Below, in pieces: positions 35,561 to 45,205 of a stretch of DNA of 64,000 nucleotides (position 1 is its first letter; every line of letters begins with the position of its first letter). The position numbers and the translations under genes are program-made. The stretch is taken from the IMG/VR virus record IMGVR_UViG_3300025534_000009. One strand, given 5' to 3'. This DNA comes from an uncultured virus (IMG/VR IMGVR_UViG_3300025534_000009) (lineage: Duplodnaviria; Heunggongvirae; Uroviricota; Caudoviricetes). The notes beneath the pieces are model-generated. The model worked only from the letters and a program-made list of their open reading frames with translations, had not been told where the DNA came from and ran no database searches.

Positions 35561-36958
35561 TCATTCAATCATCGACGCCGGGAACCAGGACGGAAGCGCA
35601 GGCCGTCGAACGAGGTAAAATCCGGAGGCATCATCATCGAAATCGAACCGTCTGAAAAAGTCCCTGTTACGCGACATGTCGGCCATCGTGTAGACGCTGA
35701 TGTGGTACTCGTCGGCCAGCTCGCAGAGCTTCTCCATGAACTTTGTTCCCTTTCCCTGCCCGGTCGGGAACGCTTCGAGATCGGTCAGAATGACGGAGCT
35801 GGGTTTCTTCGACGACGAGAATTCTGCCGTGATCCCGAGCTTTGCGGCATAGTCCTTCAGCTTGCGGACGAACCGGGCTTCCGAGCCAGAAAGGCCATTG
35901 GTTTCCTCCGCAATGAATTCCTCTGCCTCGTTGAGGTTCTTCACTTCCTTGATCTTGATCTGCCAGTTGCCCATCACGGCCCATACCTTCGAGCCGTTTT
36001 CGCCAGCGATCTCGATGGAGTGATAGCGCTGGCGACGGAGCATCCGACGATACCAGGCGCCGTCCGAACCGGCCTTGCGGAAGTCGGCCAGGAACTCCTG
36101 ATAGTTCTTGTACTGTTTGACGCTGCCCAGCTCGATCTCGGCCGTAACGACGCGCGGGTCCCAGATCAGCCGCTTGACGCCTTGCTGAACGGCCGCTTCG
36201 GCCACCTTCGGGTCCGAGGTGAACCACACACCGGTTCCACGGGGATGGTTGCGATCCTTCTGGAAGGCCGCGCACGAGTAGGCAATGACCTTCGTGCCAA
36301 GCGTCTCCCTCGGCGGGACCGTGAAGTCTTCGGTCAGGGCCTTCTTGGTGATGAACAGACGGATTTCCGCGAAGGCAGCATCAGGCGACCAGGGGTGGAT
36401 GTCGCGCAGCCATTCATCGACATCTTCACCGGAAGGCAGGATGCGGCTGGCGCCGGTGTGCGTGTCGATGACGCCGACCGTCAGGCCTTTGAACGCGGCC
36501 TCCCTCATGCAGGCCTGCCAGAAGCTCTTTCCGGCAGCCGTATGAGACGTGTCACTGATGACCGTTCCGTAGCGGTTCAGCAGGACATCAAAGAACACCT
36601 TCTTCGCGACATTACGATAGACCCCGAGCTGAGGATCGCGCCAGAGGACGCGCTGGCAGGCTGCCTTGCCAAGATGCTCGATGTTTTCTAGGTCGTAATT
36701 GACGTAGAAGAGAACCTTCTCATCCACCTCGTCGGCGAGAAAGATTTCATTCTCGATGCTACCCGCCTGATGTTCGCGAAGTTTGATGTGTTCCTTCTGC
36801 CAGAGGACCTTTCCGCCCTGGCGCATCAGCCGCTGATACTCGAAGTGATTAACGTCAGGGTCGGTAAGAGCGAAGTCCTCGTCACCGACCATGACCGGCA
36901 TTTCGAAGAGAGGCCGAGACGCCTCCTCAATGAGGGAGATGATGTCGCGTATTTTCAT
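35561..36958 (-). CDS. Polyvalent internal virion protein: GNAT-like + ART-like + GNAT
   Basis: ISD..HT..G..FW; G.GVWFT.D...A; GQGKGT.FM..L...AD; domains separated by LTE/LNE. Confidence 0.7.
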   Translation of the reverse strand: MKIRDIISLIEEASRPLFEMPVMVGDEDFALTDPDVNHFEYQRLMRQGGKVLWQKEHIKLREHQAGSIENEIFLADEVDEKVLFYVNYDLENIEHLGKAACQRVLWRDPQLGVYRNVAKKVFFDVLLNRYGTVISDTSHTAAGKSFWQACMREAAFKGLTVGVIDTHTGASRILPSGEDVDEWLRDIHPWSPDAAFAEIRLFITKKALTEDFTVPPRETLGTKVIAYSCAAFQKDRNHPRGTGVWFTSDPKVAEAAVQQGVKRLIWDPRVVTAEIELGSVKQYKNYQEFLADFRKAGSDGAWYRRMLRRQRYHSIEIAGENGSKVWAVMGNWQIKIKEVKNLNEAEEFIAEETNGLSGSEARFVRKLKDYAAKLGITAEFSSSKKPSSVILTDLEAFPTGQGKGTKFMEKLCELADEYHISVYTMADMSRNRDFFRRFDFDDDASGFYLVRRPALPSWFPASMIE

Positions 36959-36994
36959 GAACGTATTTAGTAAAATATGCTCACTTTCGCTGGA

Positions 36995-37477
36995 CTATCG
37001 TCCCCTGTTATCGACGACAATACGAAGGCCAGACGTGGATACGGTATTGGAGCCGGTTTCGCTCCTCGGTGCATTAGCAGTGAACTGATACGAGATATCG
37101 AGCCTGGTGTGGCACGTGATCTCGATCATCGGGATGTGGGAGTCGGTCGTCATCTCCAGGTACATCAAGAAGGCCGCCGTGATGTCCTTGAGGTTTCGGA
37201 GACCGAAATCGACCATGTTGGTTTGCGATTCCCTGCGGCACTCGCTCAACAGGGACGCATGCAGGGCGATCAGGACGCGGAACTGCGCCGGAAGCAGGTC
37301 AGAGTACCGGGTTCTGCCCTTCATCAGGTCTCGACCCTGAATTCGTTCGAGCACCTTGTCTGGAGCGTCCCACCGTCGCCAGACGTTGGTCTTCGTTTCC
37401 TCGCAGAGGTTGAGGATATCGGTTACCGATCCACGGCCATCACGGAGGACGGCGACACTTGCCCTGATGTCGTTCAT
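36995..37477 (-). CDS. Hypothetical protein
   Basis: Operonic ATGA overlap with upstream gene. Confidence 0.6.
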   Translation of the reverse strand: MNDIRASVAVLRDGRGSVTDILNLCEETKTNVWRRWDAPDKVLERIQGRDLMKGRTRYSDLLPAQFRVLIALHASLLSECRRESQTNMVDFGLRNLKDITAAFLMYLEMTTDSHIPMIEITCHTRLDISYQFTANAPRSETGSNTVSTSGLRIVVDNRGR

Positions 37478-37722
37478 AGCCGATCCAGCTTGTTGTCGAG
37501 GTCCCGTTCAACGTCGCGGATGGCATGCCCGTGCTTTTTGAGCGCGTGTTCGAGAGACGTGACCCGCGACTGAAGGCGCCTGATGGTCCGACCCTGGTCC
37601 TCGACGATGCGCATGAGTTCGCGCATCTGTCTGGCGAGAGCCTCCACGTCCCTTGGGGGCGCGGTCTCCTTGACGACGACCCGTGTCGCGTCCGATGGAC
37701 CATCGTTGTCCGGGCCGTACAT
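37474..37722 (-). CDS. Small coiled-coil protein
   Basis: AGGAGG RBS; MYGPDND...RVTSLE. Confidence 0.6.
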   Translation of the reverse strand: MYGPDNDGPSDATRVVVKETAPPRDVEALARQMRELMRIVEDQGRTIRRLQSRVTSLEHALKKHGHAIRDVERDLDNKLDRL

Positions 37723-37751
37723 TTCCCTCCTGATGATGTCATCCAGAGCTC

Positions 37752-38474
37752 TCACAGGCCTGCCTCCTGAAGGATGGAAGTGATCGTGGAGACCTCCTCC
37801 CGGTTGTCGGCCAGCTTCACCTGCCAGAACTTCGGATCGACCACGTCCTGAACCAAGGCGATCTGCTCCTTGGACATGCGAGCAAACAGTTCCTTGGCCG
37901 AGGGGGCCGTGTAGAGCACCCACGGGGATATGCGGCCGGACCTGATCCAGAAGACAGCCTGTGTCGGTGGAATGCGGCGGAAGAAATTGGTCCAGTCTTC
38001 TCCGGTCTCGTTCGCCCACTTCTGCATGAGGACGAAGTTGCGTTCCAGAGCAGCATCCGGGGTCTCGCGCTTGCTGAGGTCGCGCAGATAGTCCTCGTAC
38101 ACAGAGCTGTCGCACCACTTGTTAATCGGGATAAGGTTCGTGATCACATAATCGATGAACATCGCCGGATTAACGGCGTTGATATCAAGTATGTACTTTG
38201 CAAATTTTACAAACGACGAGTAGTGGCGACTCTTGCGGAATTTCTCCTCCGTGACTTCCCGGCGCCCCGGAAATGACAGGTAGAAGAACCGCTTGAAGAT
38301 ATAGAAGGCATACAGAACGTGACGCTCATTGCGCTCCAGGTAACGCTTCTTCGCGGTGCAGTTGTGCCGCATGAGGACAAGTTCCGAGACAAAGTTCTTC
38401 CCGCAGTGCGTGCACGTTAACTCTGGATTCTTTTTCTTTGTTCTCTTCCGCTTAGTGGCTTGCACCTTCGCCAT
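37752..38474 (-). CDS. Conserved jumbo-phage protein with an N-terminal zinc finger
   Basis: CTHCGKNF...L.RHNC; G.ISPW. Confidence 0.7.
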   Translation of the reverse strand: MAKVQATKRKRTKKKNPELTCTHCGKNFVSELVLMRHNCTAKKRYLERNERHVLYAFYIFKRFFYLSFPGRREVTEEKFRKSRHYSSFVKFAKYILDINAVNPAMFIDYVITNLIPINKWCDSSVYEDYLRDLSKRETPDAALERNFVLMQKWANETGEDWTNFFRRIPPTQAVFWIRSGRISPWVLYTAPSAKELFARMSKEQIALVQDVVDPKFWQVKLADNREEVSTITSILQEAGL

Positions 38475-38958
38475 CGCCGCGAACCTTCTTGAATGCCTCG
38501 ATCAACTTCTTTGCCGTCGCCTCGTCATTGTCCGCATAGACAAAGGACTTGAATGTATCGATGTCGAATTGCGAAATAATGAGATCAAGCTCATCGCTGT
38601 TCGCATCCGGCCAATATTTACTCAGGTATGAATGTATGGTCGAAGCCGTCTGTGACCTCTTGGCACTCGGTATCCAATAGTGCTTGCATCGCCGTCCGGT
38701 GCCCGTGGACGCGATCAGGCGATACTGCAAATCAGGATGGTCGTAGAGATCAAAGAAATGCAAATTGGCCATCTTATTGGTCGCGAGGATGGCATACTCG
38801 GCCAGAGGTCCGTCCACGGCGCTCGCCCACCTCATGGCAACCACCGGGGCGAAACCACTTCTTGCTTCCTCGGTCAGCTTGGAGAGGAATTCGAAATCCC
38901 GTCGATCAACGGCGTCCAGAACCTTGAAAATGTCCAGTTTCGGAGGGGACTTCGTCAT
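38452..38958 (-). CDS. Clamp-loader small subunit-like (gp62-like) protein
   Basis: LDIF..L..VD, F.P....RW.S, HP.LQY. Confidence 0.5.
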   Translation of the reverse strand: MTKSPPKLDIFKVLDAVDRRDFEFLSKLTEEARSGFAPVVAMRWASAVDGPLAEYAILATNKMANLHFFDLYDHPDLQYRLIASTGTGRRCKHYWIPSAKRSQTASTIHSYLSKYWPDANSDELDLIISQFDIDTFKSFVYADNDEATAKKLIEAFKKVRGDGEGASH

Positions 38959-39087
38959 TAAAAGAATACCTTATGAAATGCCACCCCAGAATAAATAATA
39001 CCGAGACGTAGGTCAAAAAATAAGCGAGCCCCACATTTTACGCTCGGTTGCTCCAGGCCTCCGGTTCTTGAATGGTCCGGGGGCCTG

Positions 39088-39441
39088 TTATTCGAAGACC
39101 ACACAGTCGGGAAAATACATTCTCAGCGCGAGGGCGCTGGCATTTTCCCGGAACCAGAAAGCCCCTCCCCTGAAAGCCCATTCACCATCATTCGCGTATC
39201 GGACGCACAGCTGACTGCTTTCTCTATCGAAGAAGGGTGCCGTTACGCTCATGGCGTAACCAACATGGTCCAGGCACCACTGGAACATGTCATCAAGGCA
39301 AGTTCTGGCCCCATCCTTGATCTGCACTTTGAAGGGAAACCGCTCAGCGACTGTTCTATGCAAATCGTTGAAAGGAATTACCTTCATATCGTGCGGGAAT
39401 AGACCAAACTTGGAGTATCGCGTCCTTGATACGGGAAGCAT
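39088..39441 (-). CDS. Small phage protein of the 'WC...F.F....A..F' family
   Basis: QWC..H.G and FWFRENASALALRMYF. Confidence 0.55.
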   Translation of the reverse strand: MLPVSRTRYSKFGLFPHDMKVIPFNDLHRTVAERFPFKVQIKDGARTCLDDMFQWCLDHVGYAMSVTAPFFDRESSQLCVRYANDGEWAFRGGAFWFRENASALALRMYFPDCVVFE

Positions 39442-40092
39442 TAGTCTTCCGCCCCGCGCGATGACGAACAGCACTCCGGGTCGCTCGACGACATGATCTC
39501 ACACACGCCATCAAGGACGGCCGAAATGTCCCAGTTCGAGGAAGTTCGGAAGGAGGACGATCGGCTGGCGGTTCGAGATTGGTTTTCAACCTTGCGACGA
39601 TGCATCAGGACTCTTGGATGAACCCACTCCCGTCTCAACCGCCAATCAGTTTCTCGAAACCATTTCAGGATGAACAGAAGGATCACGGCGAAAGACAGAG
39701 CGATAAATGAAATGGAAATGAGCTCGAAAGGCATACCGTCAGGCAATACGGAGGTATTTGCGAAGGCTAAGAATGGCGACGAATCCGTTGATGATGCAGC
39801 CGATCAAGAGGAGGAACGGATCGTGATGGAGAGTGATCTCAGGAACGAAAAGCGATCCACCGAACAGGCCGCTGAAGAGAGCACAGAACAGGCCAAACGC
39901 CAGCCACTCCATATATACCTCCATAAAAATATCTTCATGTAGTGGGGAGAGGGCATTGAACCCCTTTATCCGGTTACAAAGGAGTTCATAGCCACTCTGT
40001 AATCCCCACAATACGGCTATATACTAGAATATGAACTATGGCGTCAACCATTATTGACATGACGAGGGCACGCATTACTGCGCGCCATCCCG

Positions 40093-40449
40093 TCACTTGG
40101 TTTTGCTGCGGCGCTTCGTCTTGATTTCAACCTTCTCTTCGGCCTTCTCTTCCGCCTTCTCTTCAGTCTTGGCTTCCACAACGGGCTCGGGAGCCGTCGT
40201 CACCATAAGGGGCTCGGCGGCCGTGTCCTCCGGGAGGATGAAGGCCTCGCGCAGCTTGCGGACCTCGTCGGTCATCTCCACCTGTGGATTGACGTAGAGC
40301 TCGGCGCCATCGTCCGGGATACGCGAGACAAGGTCCTTCAAAATTTCACCGACGATTTGCATGGAGCGGCGAAGGTTGCCCATCGTCTGGGCCTTGTCCA
40401 TCTGATCGAGAAGTGACAAAAGTTCAGTCTTGGTCATATCGTTCCTCAC
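40093..40449 (-). CDS. Hypothetical protein
   Basis: Operonic; EEKA repeats. Confidence 0.65.
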   Translation of the reverse strand: MRNDMTKTELLSLLDQMDKAQTMGNLRRSMQIVGEILKDLVSRIPDDGAELYVNPQVEMTDEVRKLREAFILPEDTAAEPLMVTTAPEPVVEAKTEEKAEEKAEEKVEIKTKRRSKTK

Positions 40450-40949
40450 GTAATAATCTTCGTAATATCAAGGGATTCCGGGATTTTGTGAGTGTCCTTC
40501 AAGAAGTAGGCACATACCGGGTTCGGGCCATCGTGGAGGGGAACCGCGAGAATGTGGCCGTGCCGCAGATGAGGCATGTGCCACGTCGCATCTGGGAAGA
40601 CGTTCTCGATGCTGATCTCGTGGAAGGACGGCATGTAGCTCGACAGGGGGTTGAAGCAAAACGCGGTGAAGTCCCGGTCGTTGATGTGCTTCAGCTCTAT
40701 GATTTCGACCAGGCCAAAGTCTCGTTCCGAGATGACAATGCTCCAGTCGAGCGGCATGCGCAGCCGGTATGGTCCGATCCTCAGATCAGCTGACGGCCTC
40801 GGAAACACATCCAAAAAAATCAGTGGGATGAAGTAGAAATCAACGTCGCCCTGGTTGGAGTAATCCAGAACACAGTAGTGGACATCAACATCCTGCTCAG
40901 GCAGGCAGTTCATGTCGTAAGGTTCATTCTGTGGTGTCAGAATTTTCAT
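40446..40949 (-). CDS. Conserved jumbo-phage protein (possibly degenerate Hint fold)
   Basis: MKILT..N, PLIFL..F..P, MP.DWS, FNPL. Confidence 0.65.
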   Translation of the reverse strand: MKILTPQNEPYDMNCLPEQDVDVHYCVLDYSNQGDVDFYFIPLIFLDVFPRPSADLRIGPYRLRMPLDWSIVISERDFGLVEIIELKHINDRDFTAFCFNPLSSYMPSFHEISIENVFPDATWHMPHLRHGHILAVPLHDGPNPVCAYFLKDTHKIPESLDITKIIT

Positions 40950-41019
40950 GTTTGATGTTATTGTTATATCAATTTCGATATTATGTCATTTAGTGATCAA
41001 AATGTCCAATAGCAACGTA

Positions 41020-42477
41020 TTAACGATATGCAATCTTTTTGACAGTGAATGGATACCCGGCTTCTTTGTAATATACTTTCCGTTTTCCGAGGTGGCGGGC
41101 CGAGAACTTCATTGTCGAACAAATATCGTAGATGCGAACGGAGTTCTTGTCTTGAGCCTTTCGCAATCCTCGGCCAATGCTCTGGATGACGCGGACGAAC
41201 GACTTCCCCGCTTCGACCAACACGAGGTTGAAGATGCGTGGGATGTTGATACCAACCGCCGCCACGCCGTAGGTCGCTATGATGACCTTATTCGTTGCAA
41301 CCTGGACCTCCTTGTATTCCTTCTTCCGGTCCTTGGACTTGGTGCTGCCGTTGACGAAGGAGGCACCAGGAATGAGTTCAGCCAACGCCATCCCTGTCTC
41401 GATGCGGTCAACGAGGATGAGCGTGTTGCCGCTCTCTGAGCAGGACTTGCAGAACTCAGCGATCCAGCGAATGCGGTCCCTGTCGCTGAGCAGGTAGTCC
41501 ATCTCGTCGTGCCAGTCTCGGAATTCGTAGTGGTCATCGGTGAGCTGGAGGATTTCGACCTCGCACTGGGCGAGGACATCCTTCTTCTGAAGGTCGGCCG
41601 CGCGGATTTCGCCAACGACCGGTCCAAGCGTCCCGAAGAGGGCGAGGTACTCATAAGGCTCTTTGGGAATCGTACCGGTGAGCCCCCAGCGTATCGGGAC
41701 TTGCGCCAGCGGGCCTGCCAGCACCTCACGCAGGACCTGAGCCTTGGCAGCGTGGCATTCATCCACCTGGACGCACACGACGCCGTCGATGATCTGCTGG
41801 AGCGTGTCGGTGTCGATATCCATCTTGGCCTGCTTCGACTTGATGCCAAGGGACTGCCAGGTGATGATCGTGTGCGCGTGACCGAGTTCCTTCCGGTCAC
41901 CGTAGAAGACGCCCACGTCGAGACCGAGGTTCACGAAGTCCTCCTCGGTCTGCTCCACGAGCGACTTTGAGGGGACGATGACCAGGGTGCGTCCGAATGG
42001 CTCGCAGAGCTTGGAGAGGGCGGCTGTGAGGATCGTTTTGCCCGCTCCGGTCGAGATCGACTGGATCGACTGGAGGTTCTGGGTGTAGCGCCGGATCGCT
42101 TCCACCTGGTAGTCACGGAGCATGATGGGCTGCCCGGCGAATGGATGCCCTTCCGGCCAGCATTGGTCCGCCAGGAAGTCCTCAGTGATTTCCGGGAAAG
42201 AGACGGAGAACGGAGGTCGGCGATCATCGATCTCGACGCTGTACCCGGCGTCAATCACGATGGGCAGTACCCGTTCGAGCAGATTGATATACGTGGCCCC
42301 ACCGACCGTGCAGAAGCTGATCTTTCCGTCCCATCGTCCGAGCTTGAACGACGGCATATGGCGCGCATACGGGACGAGGAACTTCAGCGCGTCGCAAATC
42401 TTCCTTCGCGTTACGGGATCAAGGCCTTCGAATTTGCAATTGACTTGGTCAACAATAGTGAGGGTGGTTGTCTTCAT
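41020..42477 (-). CDS. uvsW: SF2 DNA helicase UvsW
   Basis: WDGK, LRDYQ, TGAGKT, DECH, GLTGT, G.NIP, QSIGRGLR. Confidence 0.92.
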   Translation of the reverse strand: MKTTTLTIVDQVNCKFEGLDPVTRRKICDALKFLVPYARHMPSFKLGRWDGKISFCTVGGATYINLLERVLPIVIDAGYSVEIDDRRPPFSVSFPEITEDFLADQCWPEGHPFAGQPIMLRDYQVEAIRRYTQNLQSIQSISTGAGKTILTAALSKLCEPFGRTLVIVPSKSLVEQTEEDFVNLGLDVGVFYGDRKELGHAHTIITWQSLGIKSKQAKMDIDTDTLQQIIDGVVCVQVDECHAAKAQVLREVLAGPLAQVPIRWGLTGTIPKEPYEYLALFGTLGPVVGEIRAADLQKKDVLAQCEVEILQLTDDHYEFRDWHDEMDYLLSDRDRIRWIAEFCKSCSESGNTLILVDRIETGMALAELIPGASFVNGSTKSKDRKKEYKEVQVATNKVIIATYGVAAVGINIPRIFNLVLVEAGKSFVRVIQSIGRGLRKAQDKNSVRIYDICSTMKFSARHLGKRKVYYKEAGYPFTVKKIAYR

Positions 42478-42507
42478 AAACCAAAGAAATCGGCAACAAT
42501 AATAAAC

Positions 42508-43212
42508 TTAGATATTTAGGATATTTGCCAGTCTCAGAACATCTTCCAGGCGCGCGTTTCGGAAGGCCTTCTGGTTAGCAGTCTCTACGTTGTTATCGTT
42601 TCTGATTTGGGACCAGGCGGCCATCAGATTACTCGTGGCGCTCGGATGTTCGCCACGGTCCATGGAAACGATATCCGAGATGTTCGGGGGAACTTGACGT
42701 TGGTCCAGGAGGATGAACTTCGGAAAATCGAACGGTGCCAGTACGCTCAAAAGTGGGCCGTACATGCCCGGAGTATGCTCAGCGATGAGCAGGCAGTCGC
42801 GATGCTGGGCAACGAAGTCGTGGTCCCGAAGCTGCATCGGCTTGATGAACGCGAACTGCTCCGGGCGGCCCAGCATCTCGATGGCGAGTTTCCAGTGCCT
42901 TCTGCTTTCCTCCTTGGTGACGAGGAGGGTCTTGCCGCCGTGGATGACGCCCAGCGCCAGAGACACATTGATCAGACGACTGACCGTCCGTGACCAGAGC
43001 ATGCAGCGATAGTCACGGTCATAGATTGGCTGGAGGTCTTCCTTCGTGACCCTGAACTTCTCCGGGATGTCCGCCATCATTTCGTCGGTGATGCGGTCCT
43101 CTTCAGCCAGCTTCCATATGTTCTGCGCGAGGTCGAGGTTCAGGATTCGCCGGTTCTCAATGAGAAGACGAGCCACTTTACCGGATTTTTGCAAGGAGTA
43201 GTCACAAATCAT
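42508..43212 (-). CDS. Hypothetical protein
   Basis: 234-aa operonic ORF. Confidence 0.6.
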   Translation of the reverse strand: MICDYSLQKSGKVARLLIENRRILNLDLAQNIWKLAEEDRITDEMMADIPEKFRVTKEDLQPIYDRDYRCMLWSRTVSRLINVSLALGVIHGGKTLLVTKEESRRHWKLAIEMLGRPEQFAFIKPMQLRDHDFVAQHRDCLLIAEHTPGMYGPLLSVLAPFDFPKFILLDQRQVPPNISDIVSMDRGEHPSATSNLMAAWSQIRNDNNVETANQKAFRNARLEDVLRLANILNI

Positions 43213-43864
43213 TTGGTTCGGCTAACATAATCTCGCGAAGCCACCATTTTAGTACATCGTTGTCCCGACAGCGAATTAATATCGAGTCCTTTTCAATCGA
43301 TGCGCTGCAAGTCCCGTCGTCGAGAGCCTGAAAGCATTCGATCAGATAGTCCATCGTTTCATCATCAATCTTGAACCGATGTGTCGTAATGACGTGGTAA
43401 ATGGTGTCGAGTGTTTGCCGAGAAACGGGAACAATATACAGTCGGAGTTGTGAATTTCGTACGGATCGCTCGGCCGGTCTAGAGTTGACAAGGGCGGCTT
43501 CGATAAGCTTTGAGACCATGTCATCTCGCTTGAAACGAAAAGCAATGCGACCGCCGCCAATATAGCGCGCTTCCCGTGGCACCCGGATACTTTCATAGGG
43601 CTTGTTTCTGTATCGCGGCATCGAGAGCAGAATGCTGATCTCGTCCTCGCGCATGAAGCCATTCAATTCCAGATACCTACGGCTCCGATGGAGAAGCTTC
43701 AGCGAGATGCGAGCCTGCTCGGTCGATAGAGGCTTTCCCTCGCTGACGTAGAAACGTACATTCGTGATGAAGTCATAAGCCCACGGGTCAGTAAGCTTTG
43801 TTTTGAAAAGACCCTTCTGTGCGGCTTCGTACATCTTTTCAATCGAATATTCGACCGTCAACAT
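43202..43864 (-). CDS. Hypothetical protein
   Basis: LS..QA..L motif; operonic with the uvsW cluster. Confidence 0.6.
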   Translation of the reverse strand: MLTVEYSIEKMYEAAQKGLFKTKLTDPWAYDFITNVRFYVSEGKPLSTEQARISLKLLHRSRRYLELNGFMREDEISILLSMPRYRNKPYESIRVPREARYIGGGRIAFRFKRDDMVSKLIEAALVNSRPAERSVRNSQLRLYIVPVSRQTLDTIYHVITTHRFKIDDETMDYLIECFQALDDGTCSASIEKDSILIRCRDNDVLKWWLREIMLAEPNDL

Positions 43865-44254
43865 AGCTGCCAACGTAGCAATAGCGAATGAGAAATCGTA
43901 TCGTAACTTGGTTCCGAATTCAAAATGTATGATTGTGCTTGTCAACGGAGGGGAGAGCGATCGACCATTCTGGCTGGCATTCCAGAAATGCGATTGTGCC
44001 GGTCTCCGATTGTGGATAGCTCTATCGACCCAACCTGTCCTGTCGCCGTCATGCCGGAAAGGCTTGGACCGGATGTTCTCGTTTCGTTCTTGACAGGGCT
44101 CAGTCGGCTAGGATAATGTTCCTCGCATGAGACATGAGAGGCGCCATGGCGCGCCAAGCTCCGCCGCTGGGATGAAAATCGTTGAACGTTCTATTTTGCG
44201 GGAATCGTCGCGTCTGTGTAGCATAGCGGCATACTGTCGTTTGGGGATGCAGAC

Positions 44255-44566
44255 ATGACCGATGTGATGGAAGAACTTCGGTTTATGAATTTTCTGAAGT
44301 CGAATGATTACTCCCACGTTCGCCCTATAGGCAACGGCCGGTATGCCGCCATAGCCCAATTCATGTTCTCGACTGCCATAGTGGTTGGCAGGATCGGAAA
44401 CTACAGTTGCTATGAGGATCGTTGGTGTTACAAGACGGCCGAAGATGCAATCGCTGCCCTGGAAGCATGGGATGGGCAAGGTGAGCCCCAGGGATGGGTG
44501 CGTCACCCGACGACGGGAAGGCGGCGCCCCAATGGCGATGCCGAGGCCGAGTACATCGACCCCTAG
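44255..44566 (+). CDS. Hypothetical protein
   Basis: RWCY...A..AL..W.G..EP.GW.RHP.TGRRRP motif seen in small phage/bacterial proteins. Confidence 0.65.
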   Translation: MTDVMEELRFMNFLKSNDYSHVRPIGNGRYAAIAQFMFSTAIVVGRIGNYSCYEDRWCYKTAEDAIAALEAWDGQGEPQGWVRHPTTGRRRPNGDAEAEYIDP

Positions 44567-44603
44567 CTCCGCAGGATATCCCCTCCCCTTCAAGAGGTTG
44601 AAT

Positions 44604-45005
44604 ATGGCAGTTCCCTTTGTTCTGGACGCCACGGCCCTGGTCAAGATTGCCAATCTCGTCGAATACGCTTCCGACCTGGACCGTGAGTCCGAACAAGAGT
44701 TCCGAAACACTATCGTCCTCCCTTACGGATGGACTGTGACCTACACCATCGATGAGCTGGACAACGGGGCCGAATGTCGGCACCTGTCCATGGCAGCGCC
44801 CCTTGGTGAGGACCTCAGGATCGAGATCATCCAGGCCACCATGAACGCCTTCGGGTTTCTCAACTCGTTTGAGCTGTTGGAGAGCCTGGGCGTCGTCTGG
44901 TACGAGAATGTCAGCGACGGCAGGATCGCGATCAACGTCCTGGAACCCCTGTCAGGAAAGATCACTGACCTGAGGGACAGCCCGGCCGACTGGGGGACTG
45001 CCTGA
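44604..45005 (+). CDS. Hypothetical protein
   Basis: GAGG RBS; RHLSM motif. Confidence 0.6.
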   Translation: MAVPFVLDATALVKIANLVEYASDLDRESEQEFRNTIVLPYGWTVTYTIDELDNGAECRHLSMAAPLGEDLRIEIIQATMNAFGFLNSFELLESLGVVWYENVSDGRIAINVLEPLSGKITDLRDSPADWGTA

Positions 45006-45205
45006 AAACAGTCAATCACAAGCGGCGCACGGCGCCGCTTTTTTCAAAGCTCCGGAATAAGACAGGCCTGTCTTCTGTCCAGTCTGCTGCATAAGCGGGC
45101 GAATATAAGTCGATTCGATAATATAACTGACTTCCGGGCGGCGCTTTCGAGTGCCGCCTCTTGCATCGCACCGAATAAATACCACCAAAACAATTCGGGT
45201 CAACG

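Noticed and set aside
40130..40166. 12-bp tandem repeat CCTTCTCTTC(G/C)G
   Set aside because: Simply encodes low-complexity EEKA repeats.
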